DNA of 64,000 nt, taken from Squalus acanthias (lineage: Eukaryota). The stretch covers positions 31,622,001-31,686,000 of the forward strand of contig CM059433.1 of the NCBI GenBank assembly GCA_030390025.1, in the 5' to 3' direction. Every line of letters starts with the position of its first letter. Within the stretch, counting starts at the first letter, position 1. The notes under the pieces are model-generated. The model had not been told where the DNA came from. It worked only from the letters and a program-made list of their open reading frames with translations, and made no database searches. Positions 35,167 through 48,429 of the stretch are shown piece after piece. The position numbers and the translations under genes are program-made.

Positions 35167-38100
35167 TTTGCCTTGACTATGAATCTGTTGAGCCAGTCAG
35201 GTTGAGATTGTAAACTCTCCAAATGTGAACCAATATTCCAATCACTCTGCTCATAGCTCAGATATTGTTTTAACCTACTGTTGATTTGAAATTGAGAAAA
35301 ACTTAAACCTGATTTCAGATTTTGACCTTCACTCAAAATCATCATTGTGAACCTCTACCTCCTGAATAATCGGTACATGTATGTGATAGTCATGAAAGGT
35401 TATTGCCAATTGAGCAGTTGACCTTTCCAATAGTGATAAAATGTCTTAGAAACATTTGTTTAAAAGGGACTCTCAAAACCTTCTATGTTAGAGATTTATC
35501 AGTCTACAACAGTAAAACAAAACACAGCAATCTGTTGGTTTTAAAGCTTTTCAGGAGATAACACCTGCTTGCTGTGATAGCAGTTATTAAGAAATAGAAG
35601 TTCAAAGAAAATCCATATTTTTTTTACTGAGGTAATTCATTTTATATTGACCGGAAATAGCAAGGTGATTTGAATAAGGTTTCGGATTTTTTTTTAAACT
35701 AAGCAAAAGATACTTCATTTTTAACAATTCTTTTCGGATGAAAATTGAGTCAAAGATGTTAGAATGGGTGATTTATGTTAAGTACACAGCATCAGTCTAA
35801 AGCACAATTCCATATGACCCTAATTTTATCTGGCAATGGTAACCGAAAGGCAAACTATCAAACCAATATCTAAAGCAGCTCTTATATCTGTCGACCATGC
35901 TTTCCTATTGGTGCACTGAAAAAGAAAATGGCCAAGCTCATCACCGGAAATTTTTAATTTCCTTTTCTTTGTTGATATAAAGTCAGAAAAACAGAAAAAT
36001 ACACCAACATTACTGGAATTCTTCATCTGAATCAGGATGTGCAAATTATGGCTTTACTTAATTTACTTTTATTGAGAATGGTACAACTGCAGCATGCCTA
36101 CCGTTAAATTTTTGGCTCTTCACCTCTATCTCAGGCTACTCTCATGTCTTTCAGAGTGTTTACACTTACTCTGCTCCGTAATTATCTTGTGATTGGTTTG
36201 CAATCCTGATGGGCCGACAGGAGGGCTTTAGGTCCTCACCCGTTGGATCTCCGTCCATAGCGGAAGGCACACATCCAGATTCCCAACATGCGCTCTTGGC
36301 TGGTGGCACCGTGCACCCACAGTGGGCATACGTAAAACTATCCATGTGCAGGTTTGGTTACTCAACTTTAAAAGGACACTGATGAATATGGAGAGGGATC
36401 AGAGGACAGTAACAACTACAAGTACGATACTCAGAATCAGAACTCAAAACAATGAAGAGAAATTCACAGAGCTCAACTTTCTTTCATTGATGAGTAGATT
36501 ATGGAGAATAATCCATGTCTTCAATGCACTGGGAGATATAAGAACATAAAAACATAAGAAATAGGTGCAGGAGTAGGCCATTCGACCCCTCGAGCCTGCT
36601 CCACCATTCAATAAGATCATGGCTGATCTTCTACCTCAACTCCACTTTCCTGCATTAGCCCCATATCCCTTGATTCCCTTAATATCAAAAAATCTATCGC
36701 TCTCTGTCTTGAATATACTCAATGACTGAGCCTCTACAACCCTCTGGGGTAGAGAATTCCAAAGGTTCACCACCCTCTGACTGAAGAAATTTCTCCTCAT
36801 CTCCGTCCTAAATGGCTGACCCCTTCTTCTGAGACTGTGACCCCTGGTTCTAGACTCCCTGGCCAGGGGAAACATCCTCCCTGCATCTCCCTGTCAAACG
36901 CTGTAAGAATTTTGTACGTTTCAATGAGATCACCCCTCATTCTTCTAAACTCTAGAGAATATAGGCCTAGTCTACTCAATCTCTCCTCATAGGACAATCC
37001 CCCCATCCCAAGAATCAGTCTGGTGAACCTTCGTTGCACTCCCTCTATGGCAAGTATAACCTTCCTTAGGTAAGGAGACCAAAACTGTACACAATACTCC
37101 AGGTGTGGTCTCACCAGGGCGCTATATAATTGCAGTAAGATGTCTTTTCTCTTATACTCAAATCCTCTTGTAATAAAGGCCAACATACCATTTGCTTTCC
37201 GAATGGCTTGCTGTACCTGCATGTTAACTTTCAGTGATTCTTGTACAAGGACACCCAGGTCCCTCTGAACACCAACATGTCCGAATCTCTCACCATTTAA
37301 AAAATACTCTGCTTTTCTATTTTTCCTACCAGTGTGGATAACTTCACATTTCTCCACATTATATTCCATTTGCCATGTTCTTGCCCACTCACTTAGCCTG
37401 TCTATATCCCCTTGAAGCCTCTTTGCATCCTCCTCACAACTTACTTTCCCTCTTAGTCTTGTATCATCAGCAAACTTGGATATATTACATTTGGTCCCCT
37501 CATCAAAATCATTGATATAGATTGTGAATAGCTGAGGCCCAAGCACTGATCCTTGCGGTACCCCACTGGTTACAGCTTGCCAACCCAAAAATGACCCGTT
37601 TATTCCTACTCTCCGTTTTCTCTCCATTAACCAATCCTCAATCCATGCTAGTATATTGCCCCAATCCCATGAGCCCTAATTTTGTTTAATAACCTGTTGT
37701 GTGGCACCTTATCGAATGCCTTCTGAAAATCCAAATACACCACATCCACTGGTTCCCCCTTATCTATTCTGCTAGTTACAAACACAAAAAACTCTTAACA
37801 GATTCGTCAAACATGATTTCCCTTTCATAAATCCGTATTGACTCTGCCCAATCCTATTATTATTTTCTAAGTGCCCTCTTACCACGTCCTTAATATTCAA
37901 TTCTAGCATTTTCTCTACTCCTGATGTCAGGCTAAATGGTCTATAGTTCCCCGTTTTCTCTCTCCCTCCTTTCTTAAATAGTGGGGTTACATTTGCTACC
38001 TTCCAATCCACAGGAACTGTTCTAGAATCTATGGAATTTTGGAAGATGACAACCATTGCATCCACTACGTCTATAGCCACCTCTTTTCAAACCCTAGGAT

Positions 38101-38269
38101 GTAGACCATCAGGTCCAGGGGATTTATCGGCTTTCAGTCCCATTAATATCTCCAGTACTATTTTTTTACTAATACTAATTTCTTTCAGTTCCTCATTCTC
38201 GCTAGACACTTGGTTCTTCACTATTTGCGGGAGGTTTTTTGCATCTTCTGCTGTGAAGATAGACACAAA

Positions 38270-40021
38270 GGCCGTGATTTTATCATTGGTGTCAGAATGG
38301 TGGCAGGAGAGCTGGTTTCCGGGTTCTAGTCACAATCCTGGGTGCAGCCGCTCTGTCAAAGGGATTTTCCTTTTATTGGCCTTGTTAAGCTCGCCTTGCG
38401 GGCTTCCTGGCCAATTAACAGGAAGCGGATCTGATGACGTCATTAGATGACGCGTCATCAGCCGGTTTCCTTAAAGGGACCACAGCCACATTGAGTTTGA
38501 CAGCATTGAGGTGCTGCAAACACTGACAAGCACTGCACAAAGGTGGACGCTTGCACCCAGGCTCTCAAATTACTCCCTCCATATGCTTACGGAGGGAGCC
38601 ACAGCACGCACGGAGGTTCTCTTCCCTTCTAAAGGCTGAAGAGACCTCCCCAGGACACCAACGCAGCCTGGTAGCACATTGCACAGGAGAGCAAAAGCAG
38701 GGATGTCATCAGGGATCCCTGGCTGCAGTGGCGCCAACCTTTCAATGATCTCAGTGGATCATGGAATGTTACTGCAAAGCGACACTCAAACTTACCCTGC
38801 TGTGCCACTCAACACATCCCCATCACTCTGCCTTCCATACCCTTCTCCTGCACATCCTTACTCACACCAACTTACCATGCACCTCCACCCAACCCTCTCT
38901 ATCTACCTTATCACTTCCCCATCTCACTAGCCACCCCTCACTCTCACCCTCATCCTACTGCAAGCATACCAACTAACAACACACAAGGGTAGGCACTTGA
39001 GAGGTTTAGCCAATGTCCATGTGAAGTTTCTGGTAATGTGTTGTCATACAGTGAAATCTATTTTTCCAACACTGCCCCTTATTGGACAGATCTGAGCGCA
39101 CCTTGAGAAGTGTCTTACTGAGTTCCAGTGGATGTTCAGACATAACTCCCCCGGCTATAGTGATGAGTGTGCATGGAATGGCTTGGACATTAAAGGGATG
39201 CTTTATGGTGCTGGCGTGGGATGGTGTCAACCTGGCGCATTATGTGGCAGCCAGTGTTAACAGCGTCAAGTGAAGTAAATCTGTCCATGGTGATGCCATC
39301 GCTGGCCTCCCGGGCAGCAATGTTGTCAGGGCCTGATGCCCTGTGTCCTGTGCAGCATCAGGTGATGGCAGAGAAGTTTGGTGATGTTGTTGGTGTGCCT
39401 GGTGATGTTGGTGTTGGGGCTGATCGTGGAAGGATTCAGAGGACCAAGGTGTGATTTTTTCAAGGGCACCGATGTTGCTGCAATAGATGGCAGCTGCAGG
39501 TGAGATGACAGAAGCGATCTGTCAATGGTGAGAGAGGTTGTTCCGATGAGGTGGCACTGGACATACAGTTCCCTCTAAATACTTGCAAGCTAAAGAAATC
39601 TCTATATGTCTTACAAATGAAGTAATCAACAGTTTCTGCACTCTGAAGCTGACCATCTGCAACATGGCATCCTTTACACCACCTCTGCAGCTGTCAGCTT
39701 ATCAGAAACATCAGAGCAAACTCAACTCACACCAGGGTGAGCTGGGGTGTTCCCCGAGCAGCGGGTAACCCGTGGGGGAGAACGTAAAATTGGAAGGAAG
39801 CCTCTAAATAGTATTAAATTGGCTCTTAACAAGCCATTTAACTAGCTCAATTGTATCCCCCGCCGCTTGGTGTCAGGTCAGTTGTCCGCTGACAGACCCA
39901 ACACCTGGGAGACTCGCGTGGAGACGGGTTGACAGCGGATTTCCTACCCGGTCAATCTTTGCTATTTTGACAGCGGACCCGCCTCCAAACCCGTCCTCTG
40001 AGCACCGGCAAATTCGCGGCC
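38270..40021. mobile_element. Harbinger derivative with decayed Myb/SANT gene (+)
   Basis: TIRs GGCCGTGATTT / AAATTCGCGGCC, TSD AAA; removal restores CR1 agacacaaagtattt; APR..EVLFP..W..IA..KFND-like remnants at 38550-38750. Confidence 0.8.
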
Positions 40022-41880
40022 AAAGTATTTGTTTAATTTCTCTGCCATTTCCTTTTTCCCCATTATAATTTCTCCTGTCTCAGCCTGTAAGGGACCCACG
40101 TTTACTTTTGCTAATCTTTTCCTTTTTACATCTCTATAGGAGCTATTACTGTCTGTTTTTATGTCTCTTGCTAGTTTACTCTCATATTCTATTTTCCCTT
40201 TCTTTATCAATTTCTTGGTCCTCCTTTGCTGAATTCTAAAATCCTCCCAATCCTCAGGCATACTACTCTTTTTGGCAACATTATAATCCTCTTCCTTTAA
40301 TCTAATACTATCTTTAACTTCTCTTGTTAGCCAAAGTTGGACCTTTTTCCCGTGGTGTTTTTATTCCTTAAGGGAATGTATATTTGTTGCGAATTATGAA
40401 TTATTTCTTTAAATGTTTGCCATTGTTTTTCTACTGTCATATCTTTTAATCTAGTTTCCCAACCTACCTTAGCCAACTTGCCTCTCATACCTACATAGTT
40501 TGCTTTGTTCAGGTTTAAACCCTAGTTTTGGACTTATCTAAATCACTCTCAAACTCAACATAAAATTCTATCATATTATGATCACTGCTCCCCAGACGCT
40601 CCTTTACTAAAGGTTATTAATTAACCCTGTCTCATTGCACAGTACTAGATCTAAAATAGCTAATTCCCTCGTAGGTTCCTTGATATACTGATCTAGAAAA
40701 CTATTTTGAATGCATTCCATGAACTCTTCCTCTGCACTATTTCTGCAAATTTGGTTTGCCCAGTCTATATGAAAGTTAGAGACCCTCCATGATTACTGTA
40801 TTACCCTTGTTACATGCATCTCTAATTACCTTATTTATACTCTGCCCGACTCTACAACCACTATTGGGGGCCTATAGACTACTCCCACTAGTGTTTTCTG
40901 CCCCTTGTTGTTTCTTAGCTCCACCCAAACTGATTCTACATTTTGTTTTTCCAAGCCAAGATCCTTTCTCTCTACTGTCTTTATTGCCTCCTTTATTATC
41001 AGGGCTACCCATCCCCCTTTTCCATTCTGCCTGTCTCTTCCAAAAGTCAAATATCCTGGAATATTTAGTTCCCAACCTTGGTCACTCTGCAACCACGACT
41101 CTGTAATGGCTATTACATCAAACCCATTTATTTCTTTCTGCGCTATTAATTCATCTATTTTGTTGCGAATGCTTTGTGCATTCAGATATAGTATCTTTAG
41201 CTTTAACTTTTTTCTATTTATCCCTGATATCACTTTAGTCACTAATGCCCTATTGCCTTTATTAATCTTTCTGTCCATTCCTGACCCACTCTGTTTATCT
41301 TTACCCAGATCACTACTCTGCTCTACAGCTTTGAAATTTATATTACTGCTTTTGAATTTACCCTTTCCTGAATCCTCCCAACCCCCTTCATTAGTTTAAA
41401 GCCCTATCTACCATCCTAGTTATTCGATTCACCAGGACACTGGTCCCAGCCCGGTTTAAGTGGAACCCATCCTCACGGAACAGCTCCCTCTTTCCCCACT
41501 ACTAGTGCTAGTGCCCCATGAATTGAAACCACTGCCTCCCACACCACTCTTTGAGCCACGCATTTAACCTTCTAATGTCCCTATGCCAATTTGCACATGG
41601 CTCAGGTAACAAACCAGAGATTATTACCTGTGAGGTTCTGCATTTTAATTTCGACTCCAGCTCCTCAATCTCTTTCAGCAGAACCTCATTCCTAGTTCTA
41701 CCTATGTCGTTGGTTCCTACATGGATCATGGCAACTGGATCCTCCCCCTCCGACTCCAAGTTCTTCTCCAGCCGCAAGCAGACATCCTTTACCCTGACAC
41801 CAGGCAGGCAACACAACCTGCAGAACTGCCAGTCGCGGCTGCAGAAAACAGTATCTATCTGTCTGACTATACTGTACCCT

Positions 41881-44800
41881 TGTTGAGGCTGCCGCGAAAC
41901 ACGAATTAAGACTGAATCCATGTGTGGAAAAACAGAGACTTTTTAATACAACTGCATGGTCCAAAATGGCTGAACAGACTGCTCCCAGAATTATCTGGAA
42001 AAACCCTAAGGCCCCGCCCACTTCTTCTCTCCTGCCTTAAAGGCAAAGGGGTAAAAATTCAGTTGATTGCGCCTCCCGTTAGCGCCTTAAGAGGGTGCTA
42101 ATGGGGCGCAAAGCCGCTAACGCCCGGGTGCAGCGATGTTTGCGCCGCTCGGGAACTTAACTAGAGATTGTGCGGCGGCGCTAAACTTTACCGCTGCGAC
42201 CACCTGCGCGCGCAGATTGTGACGTCATTCCATGGTGCAACGCCCTTGTGGCGCCCCGGAGCGGAAATTGAGTGGCGCCCCCTGCCTTACCGCCTGGCGC
42301 ATCCAACGACCAGAAGACTGGAACGCTATCAATCGCTGTGGGGCTGGGGGGGACGCTATTTAAAGGGGGCCTCTTCCTGTCTTTTATTGTTGGTGGCATT
42401 TTTGAACTACGCATTCTGAGAGAGAGAGGGAGAGACTTCTGGAGAGATTCAACGTTGTGTGAAGGAGTTTTGGGTACTGAGCAGCACTTTGCAGGTTCAT
42501 TTTGATTTTCCATTCCTTGTATTGATTTAGCAGAGACTGTGGGAGCTGCACTCTGAGCTCTTTGCCTGGTACTCTCCATTGTTCTTTCCAGCACATTTGA
42601 TGTGCAAGTCTCTCCAGGCCGAGATTCAAGGCTGCAATGAACAGGATGTGGATGGAAAGCAAGATTAACCATCCCCTTTAAGAACTGGCCCGTGCCATTG
42701 TGTGTGTGTTCCATTGCTGACTGACATTACATGAGCTTCGCCAGCGCTCTGAGTTAGCGCCTCACTCCTCGCCCTTTGCGCCTTAAGACAGGTGTGCAGC
42801 GCCTGATTTAGCACTCCACTCACCTCCCGGGGCGGTAAAAGTGAAGTTTCCAGTCAGTGCCGATAATTAGCGCCAGGCGCTAATATTTGCGTCCAGACGA
42901 TATTTGCGCCCCAAATGGGGCGCGACCTAATTTTTCCCCCAAGGTGCCTTAAAGGCAAGGTGCTCGATATATTGTCCACAGACAGAAAAGTGGATAATGC
43001 CCGTTTAGGTGGCGATCCGCCACACAGCTCCCCCCAGAATCCGTTTAGGAGGTATGGACGAGACGGTGCGGCGGTCTGATGTGCCGGCCGGAGCGGCTCT
43101 TGTAGGACGCCGGTGGACGTGGAACAGCCGGGCGTGGAGCCGCTGGGTGAACCGGCTTGAGGGTAGGTTGGCCGCGTGGTGGTGGACGAGCTACAGGGAC
43201 CTGCTCACCGGGCTCCGAGTGTGCTGGCTTGAGTCGATCAACTGACACTTTTTCGGTCCTGTCGCCCACTTGCAGGGTGAAAAATGTGTCCCCAGCCTGT
43301 AGCACCTTGTAGGGCCCGTCGTACGGGGGTTGAAGGGGTCCGCGGTGGGCGTCGTGCCGGACGAAAACGAACCGTGCCTGGTGCAGGCTTAGTGGGACGT
43401 GTGAGGTGGATTCGCCGTGTCGGGCAATGGGCACCGGGGGCGAACTGCAGCGCCGGTGAGGCGAAGTCGTGGCGTTGATGGTCGGCTGACCAGGGTGTTG
43501 TGGCGGTGGGCAGGAACTCGCCGGGTACACGCAGTGGCTGACCGTACATGAGCTCTGCTGCCGATGCGTGGAGGTCTTCTTTAACCGCGGTGTGCAGGCC
43601 GAGGAGGACCCACGGAATTCGGTCGGTCCAGGCGCCGTCCTGGAGGCTGGCTCGAAGAGATGCCTTCAAGGATCTGTGGAACCGCTCACACAATCCGTTG
43701 GCTTGGGGGTGGTACGCTGTGGTGCGGTGAATGGTCACCCCGAGATTGCGTGCGACGGCGGTCCAGAGTTCAGAGGTAAATTGCAGACCTCTGTCCGACG
43801 TCATGTCGGAGGGGACGCCGAACCGTGCGACCCAGGTGCTGACGAAAGCTCTGGCGATGTCGGCGGTGGTGGTAGAGGTCAGTGGAATTGCCTCGGGCCA
43901 GCGCGTGGTGCGGTCAACGATCGTCAGCAAGTGCGTGTGGCCTTGCGACGGCGGCAGGGGCCCAACGATGTCCACGTGGATGTGATCGAATCTCTGCGAG
44001 GGGACGGTAAACTCCTCGAGGGGTGCTTTCGTGTGTTGCTGTACCTTGGCCCGTTGGCAGGCTAGGCAGGAGTTGGCCCAAGTACGCACATCCTTGCGAA
44101 GGCCGCGCCAGACGAAGCGATTGGCTACCAATTTGATGGATGCGCGGGCGCCGGGGTGGGAGAGGTTGTGGAGAATGTCGAATACCCGGTGGCGCCTGGA
44201 CGCTGGGACGACGGGCCGAGGTTGACAGAGGGATATGTCGCACTTGACCGTGACTGCGGTCGGGCCAAAGGCGACGTCGGCCAGGCGTAGCCCTGGTAGG
44301 TTGGTAGGTGCGGAGAGCAGATCAGGGTCGGTGATCTGGTCTGCTGCGAGTTGAGCGTAGTCGACTGCCAGGTGTGCGGCATAGATGGCGGGGCGGGAGA
44401 GGCAGTCGGCTACCACATTGTCTCGGCCGGAGACGTGTTGGATGTCTGTGGTGAACTCGGACACTGCCGCGAGCTGGCGCTGCTACCTGGCGGACCAGGG
44501 GTCAGTTGTCTTTGCCATTGCGAATGTCAGGGGCTTGTGGTCGACAAACGCAGTGAAGGGGTGGCCCTCAAGCAAAAACCGAAAATGGCAGACCGCCAGG
44601 AACAGCGCGAGGAGCTCGCGGTCGAAGGTGCTGTACTTGACCTCCGGGGGGCGTAGTTGGCGGCTGAAGAAGGCAAGTGGTTGCCAGGCGCCGTCGACCC
44701 ACTGCTCATACACGGCGCCGACCGCGTGGTCGGAGGCGTCCGTGGTGAGCGCTACCCTGGCATTGGGCCGTGGGTGCGCGAGCAGGGTGGCGTTGGCGAG

Positions 44801-45117
44801 CGCGGTCTTGGTGGAGTCGAAGGCGGCGGACGCGTCTGCCGTGCATTCGACCGCGATCTTGCCGCTCCTGCCCCAGAGGGCTTCATACAGGGGTCTCATG
44901 AGGGACGCTGCTTTGGGGATGAAGCGGTTATAGAAATTCACCATCCCGAGGAACTCCTGGAGGCTTTTGATGGTGGTGGGGCGGGGAAATTGTTGGACGG
45001 CCTGCACCTTGGTGGGCAGGGGAATGGCCCCAGCATGGGTGATGTGGTGGCCGAGGAAGTCGATCTTGTCCAGGCTGAACTGGCATTTGGCTGGGCTGAG
45101 GATGAGCCCGTGGTCGC
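41881..45117 (-). mobile_element. 5'-truncated Ty3/Gypsy retrotransposon (RT end, RNase H, integrase, PPT, 3' LTR); CsRn1-like
   Basis: FLGMVNFYNRFIP, TDASDHAVGAV, YSTFDRELLA, zinc finger H..SHPG..CLAC, HVDIVGPLP, SDRG, TTAYHPQANGLCERFHR and GPY module. PPT ggggggagc at ~43027-43035; LTR TG..CA at 41881-43026. One stop (44483) and one frameshift (~43440). Confidence 0.92.
42047..42939 (-). mobile_element. Harbinger-type MITE, copy 3 (most diverged), inside a Gypsy LTR
   Basis: TSD CAA; removing the element restores the LTR repeat tgccttaaaggcaagg. Confidence 0.85.
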
Positions 45118-45546
45118 AATGTCTGCACCTCAGACTCCAGCTCAACAACTCTAAGCCAAAGTTCCTCAAGCTGCAGACACTTACCACAGATGTGGTTGCT
45201 TGGGATCTTGCTGGTCTCCACAAACTCCCACACACTGCAGTTACAGCACACCACCTGCCCTGCCATGTCTATCTAACCTTCTTTATTTATTTGATTAGTT
45301 AATTAATTTATTCTTTTCTTTTTAATCAATTATTTTAGTTTTATTAATTAATTGTTTTATCTAGTTTAAGTTACTAATTCAGTAAAGTAAAGTAATAGCA
45401 AGCTATAGTTTCCTAGCTCTGAGTTTAACCCACTTCCCTAGCTTAGAGGCTAAAAAAAACTGTAATACTCACCAACCAATCACCTACCTGCTGCCCTGTG
45501 ATGCACTCCTTGATTTTTGTTTTGTTTTGAAGGTTCCTCGCGCTGC

Positions 45547-45870
45547 CTCTCTCTTTATGTCGCCACTGCCGCTGCTCTCGCTGCTTTATCCCAGGTCCGC
45601 TCCTCTCACCGTTGCTCTCACTATTCGTGCTGTCCCTCTCTTTATGTCGCCACTGCCGCTGCTCTCGCTGCTTTATCCCAGGTCCGCTCCTCTCACCGTT
45701 GCTCTCACTATTCGTGCTGTCCCTCTCTTTATGTCGCCACTGCCGCTGCTCTCGCTGCTTTATCCCAGGTCCGCTCCTCTCACCGTTGCTCTCACTATTC
45801 GTGCTGTCCCTCTCTTTATAGTGTCGCCGATGCTCTCGCCGTTTTATCCCAGATCCGCTACTCTCGCTAC
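45547..45870. repeat. 87-bp tandem repeat, ~3.7 copies, at the CR1 C 5' end
   Basis: The ttta anchor recurs at 45554, 45641, 45728 and 45815; the first three units are essentially identical. Confidence 0.95.
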
Positions 45871-48429
45871 ACTGAAGAAACCGTGAAAGGATGAATGTGC
45901 TGGCCTCAGGGGCGGGAGGGATGGCCAGAAATTGGACTCCCTCTTTCTCAGCAGCGACAACATTTAAAATGAAAGCCACGTTAAAGTACTTCCTTTTTTT
46001 TCTCCTTGCCCTCCATTAACTGCAGGGACCCAAAATGGCGGCACGTCCCCAGTCGATGATGTAGATCTTAAGCAAGCTATTTGACTTGGATTATGAATGG
46101 AAAACGAGAGCAAAGAGCTTTAAAATTAACAAGCCTTCCGTTAGAAGTTAGAACATGTTATTTTTCCCCTTAAAGTTGTGGCTATGTAGAGCGAATACAG
46201 TTGATGCCATGAAGATTAACTCCTTGGAAAAAAAGCTAAATGTCTTGTGTGGACCAGGATTGGAGATTATAGAGATAAGTATAGAAAGAAAGCACTTGCG
46301 TTCATACAACACCTTATCATGTCCTCAGGGCATCTCAAATTGCTTTGCAACTACCAAGTTACTTTTGAAGCGCAGTCACTGTTGTTATGCCCAGACTGAA
46401 ATGCATAATGGCCTATCGGGCACAATGGTTCCTGTCCTCTTGGGACCGAGGTGCCATCTGTAGGGAGCATCTGCCCTGGATTCAATAGTGGAGATTTACA
46501 GATGCATAGCGATTTTAGGGCTTTATTTGATTATCTTTGAGGATTTAAAAGTGCTTGAGCAGAATTTGTTAAAATTATCAAGGGGTTCGATAGGGTAAGT
46601 AGAGAAGATATTTCCACTTGTGGGGAGCCCAAAAATAGCGGCCATTAATGTAAGATAGTCACCAATAAATCCAAGGAATTCAAGAGGAACTTCTTTACTC
46701 AGTGGCGAGATTGTGGAACTCGCGACCACTTGGATTGGTTGAGGTGAATAGCATAGATGCATTTAAGGGGAAGCTATATAAACACATGAGGGAGAAAGGA
46801 ATAGAAGGATATGTTGATAGGGTTAGATGAAGTAAGGTGGAAGGAGGCTCGTGTGGAGCATAAAAACTGGCATAGACTTGTTGGGCTGAATGGCTTGTTT
46901 CTGTGCTGTACATTCTATGTAACTTGCCTACACAAGATTAAATAGTGGTTTTTAGAAGCCAAGATGAAAAGGTAACTAAGATTGTAAAGAGTAGGATAGT
47001 AGATAAGGTAAAACAGTACTGATTGGGTGATGAATTTTAGTAGTCAGCTGATTGTGGAAGTAAGGTTACACCAGCGGAGATGTGATGCAGCCTATGATAG
47101 GGTAGACCATACCCAGTGGCTGCAAAAATACATGGGCCACAATCCCGGCAGTAATGGATTAAGGCTGTTGGTGCCTTCTAGCGCTGACCCCGGAGTTTGT
47201 GAGGTTAGTGGGCGAGTACTACATTTACATGGGGTCATCAGGCACCTGCATAACTTAGGTGCCCACCTGCTCTGATCCGCCGGAAACGCCAGCACCTCAT
47301 TACCATCCGGGGATTGGGGCGATATCAAGGCTCCCGATCCCCAGAGACCCGCTGCAGTCCTCTGTCTCATCCCCATTTATAAGGAGGGGCCAATGCTTAA
47401 GTGTTTTTTAGAAAAAGAATCTCCCCACCTTAAGGGTTCCAGGCCTCTTCCCCAGCCTTGTCCCCTCCTGTTCCCAGTAAGGCCAACTTCCATTCTTCTG
47501 GACGCCGGTGTGCCTCACCTCACTGCACATACCGATCTCTCGGCACCATGGGGTGGGCAAGCCGGGTACCCCAACGTACGGAGTTCCCACACCTGAGCCT
47601 CTGATATGGCTGGCATTGTGAGGGGTGGGTGGAAACTCCGACCCTTAGAAGGCCGACTGGGATTTCCCAACTAACGTCAGGAACAGGCGTATCTGGGTCC
47701 TAGCCTTTCTCCAGGCCGTTCTGTCAGAGTTACAGCAGGAGTCTGATGGAATGGCCGAGGGAATTGGGCCTAAGTGTGTTGAAGTGTCAGGTTTGATTAG
47801 GCTGAACATCTTTTCCTTGCTCCGTGTTCTTAATAGGGAGTTGGGCAGAGGAAGGTAGAACTTGTCCTAACCTTCCTGTAGCTGAATGCAGGAGGTAGAC
47901 AGAAAGCTTAACCCTCTGTGGCAGAGGTTATTGACATATCAACAGACTTCTCATTTAGAAGAGAACCTACACCATGCTGAGTTTTCAAGTTTCTTAAGGT
48001 ATTTGTCAGCCAAGATCACGCAACTGTCGACATCAACAGAAATGTTCAAGGTGACCTCTGCTGCCAAGATGTTTGTAAATGCTTGAGTTCATGTTGAAAG
48101 ATATTTGACTATTAATAAATGACTCATTTACATAACAACTAAGGAAACAGAAATTATGATATAATGCAATTACTGAAGCAACTCATTGTCATTTTTATTG
48201 TTGAGAGCAACATTTGCCTGTGGGCTATTTGATGCACAGACTCGTGGGTCTACTCCACCTCACACAATAAATATTTTTTCCCACTTATTTTGCAGTAAGT
48301 AATGCAGATTGAAACTTTTGGTAGCAATTTGTAATTCTTAAAGTAGCAGATTATGAAATCACGATTTAGGCACCAGTTACTAATAAGACAAGGCCTGAGT
48401 TCTGGCCATATGGTGATCTGACCGCTCAC

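Larger units (their letters stand above)
36541..45870 (-). mobile_element. Near full-length CR1 LINE C hosting Harbinger, Gypsy and MITE insertions
   Basis: Tail agaacataaaaacataagaa; RT 36797-38080; linker 40022-40260; EN 40835-41278; ORF1 esterase 41508-41880 (HVGTNDIG); ORF1 zinc finger 45118-45266 (MAGQVVCCNC..HICGKC). Confidence 0.85.

Noticed and set aside
45443..45979. 178-aa repetitive ORF, and a possible CRISPR-like array
   Set aside because: The 87-bp unit is a multiple of 3, so frames stay open. Units are identical with no unique spacers, and the context is eukaryotic.
47134..47770. Possible TIR element with GC-rich interior
   Set aside because: TIR match is loose and there is no TSD; not supportable by eye.
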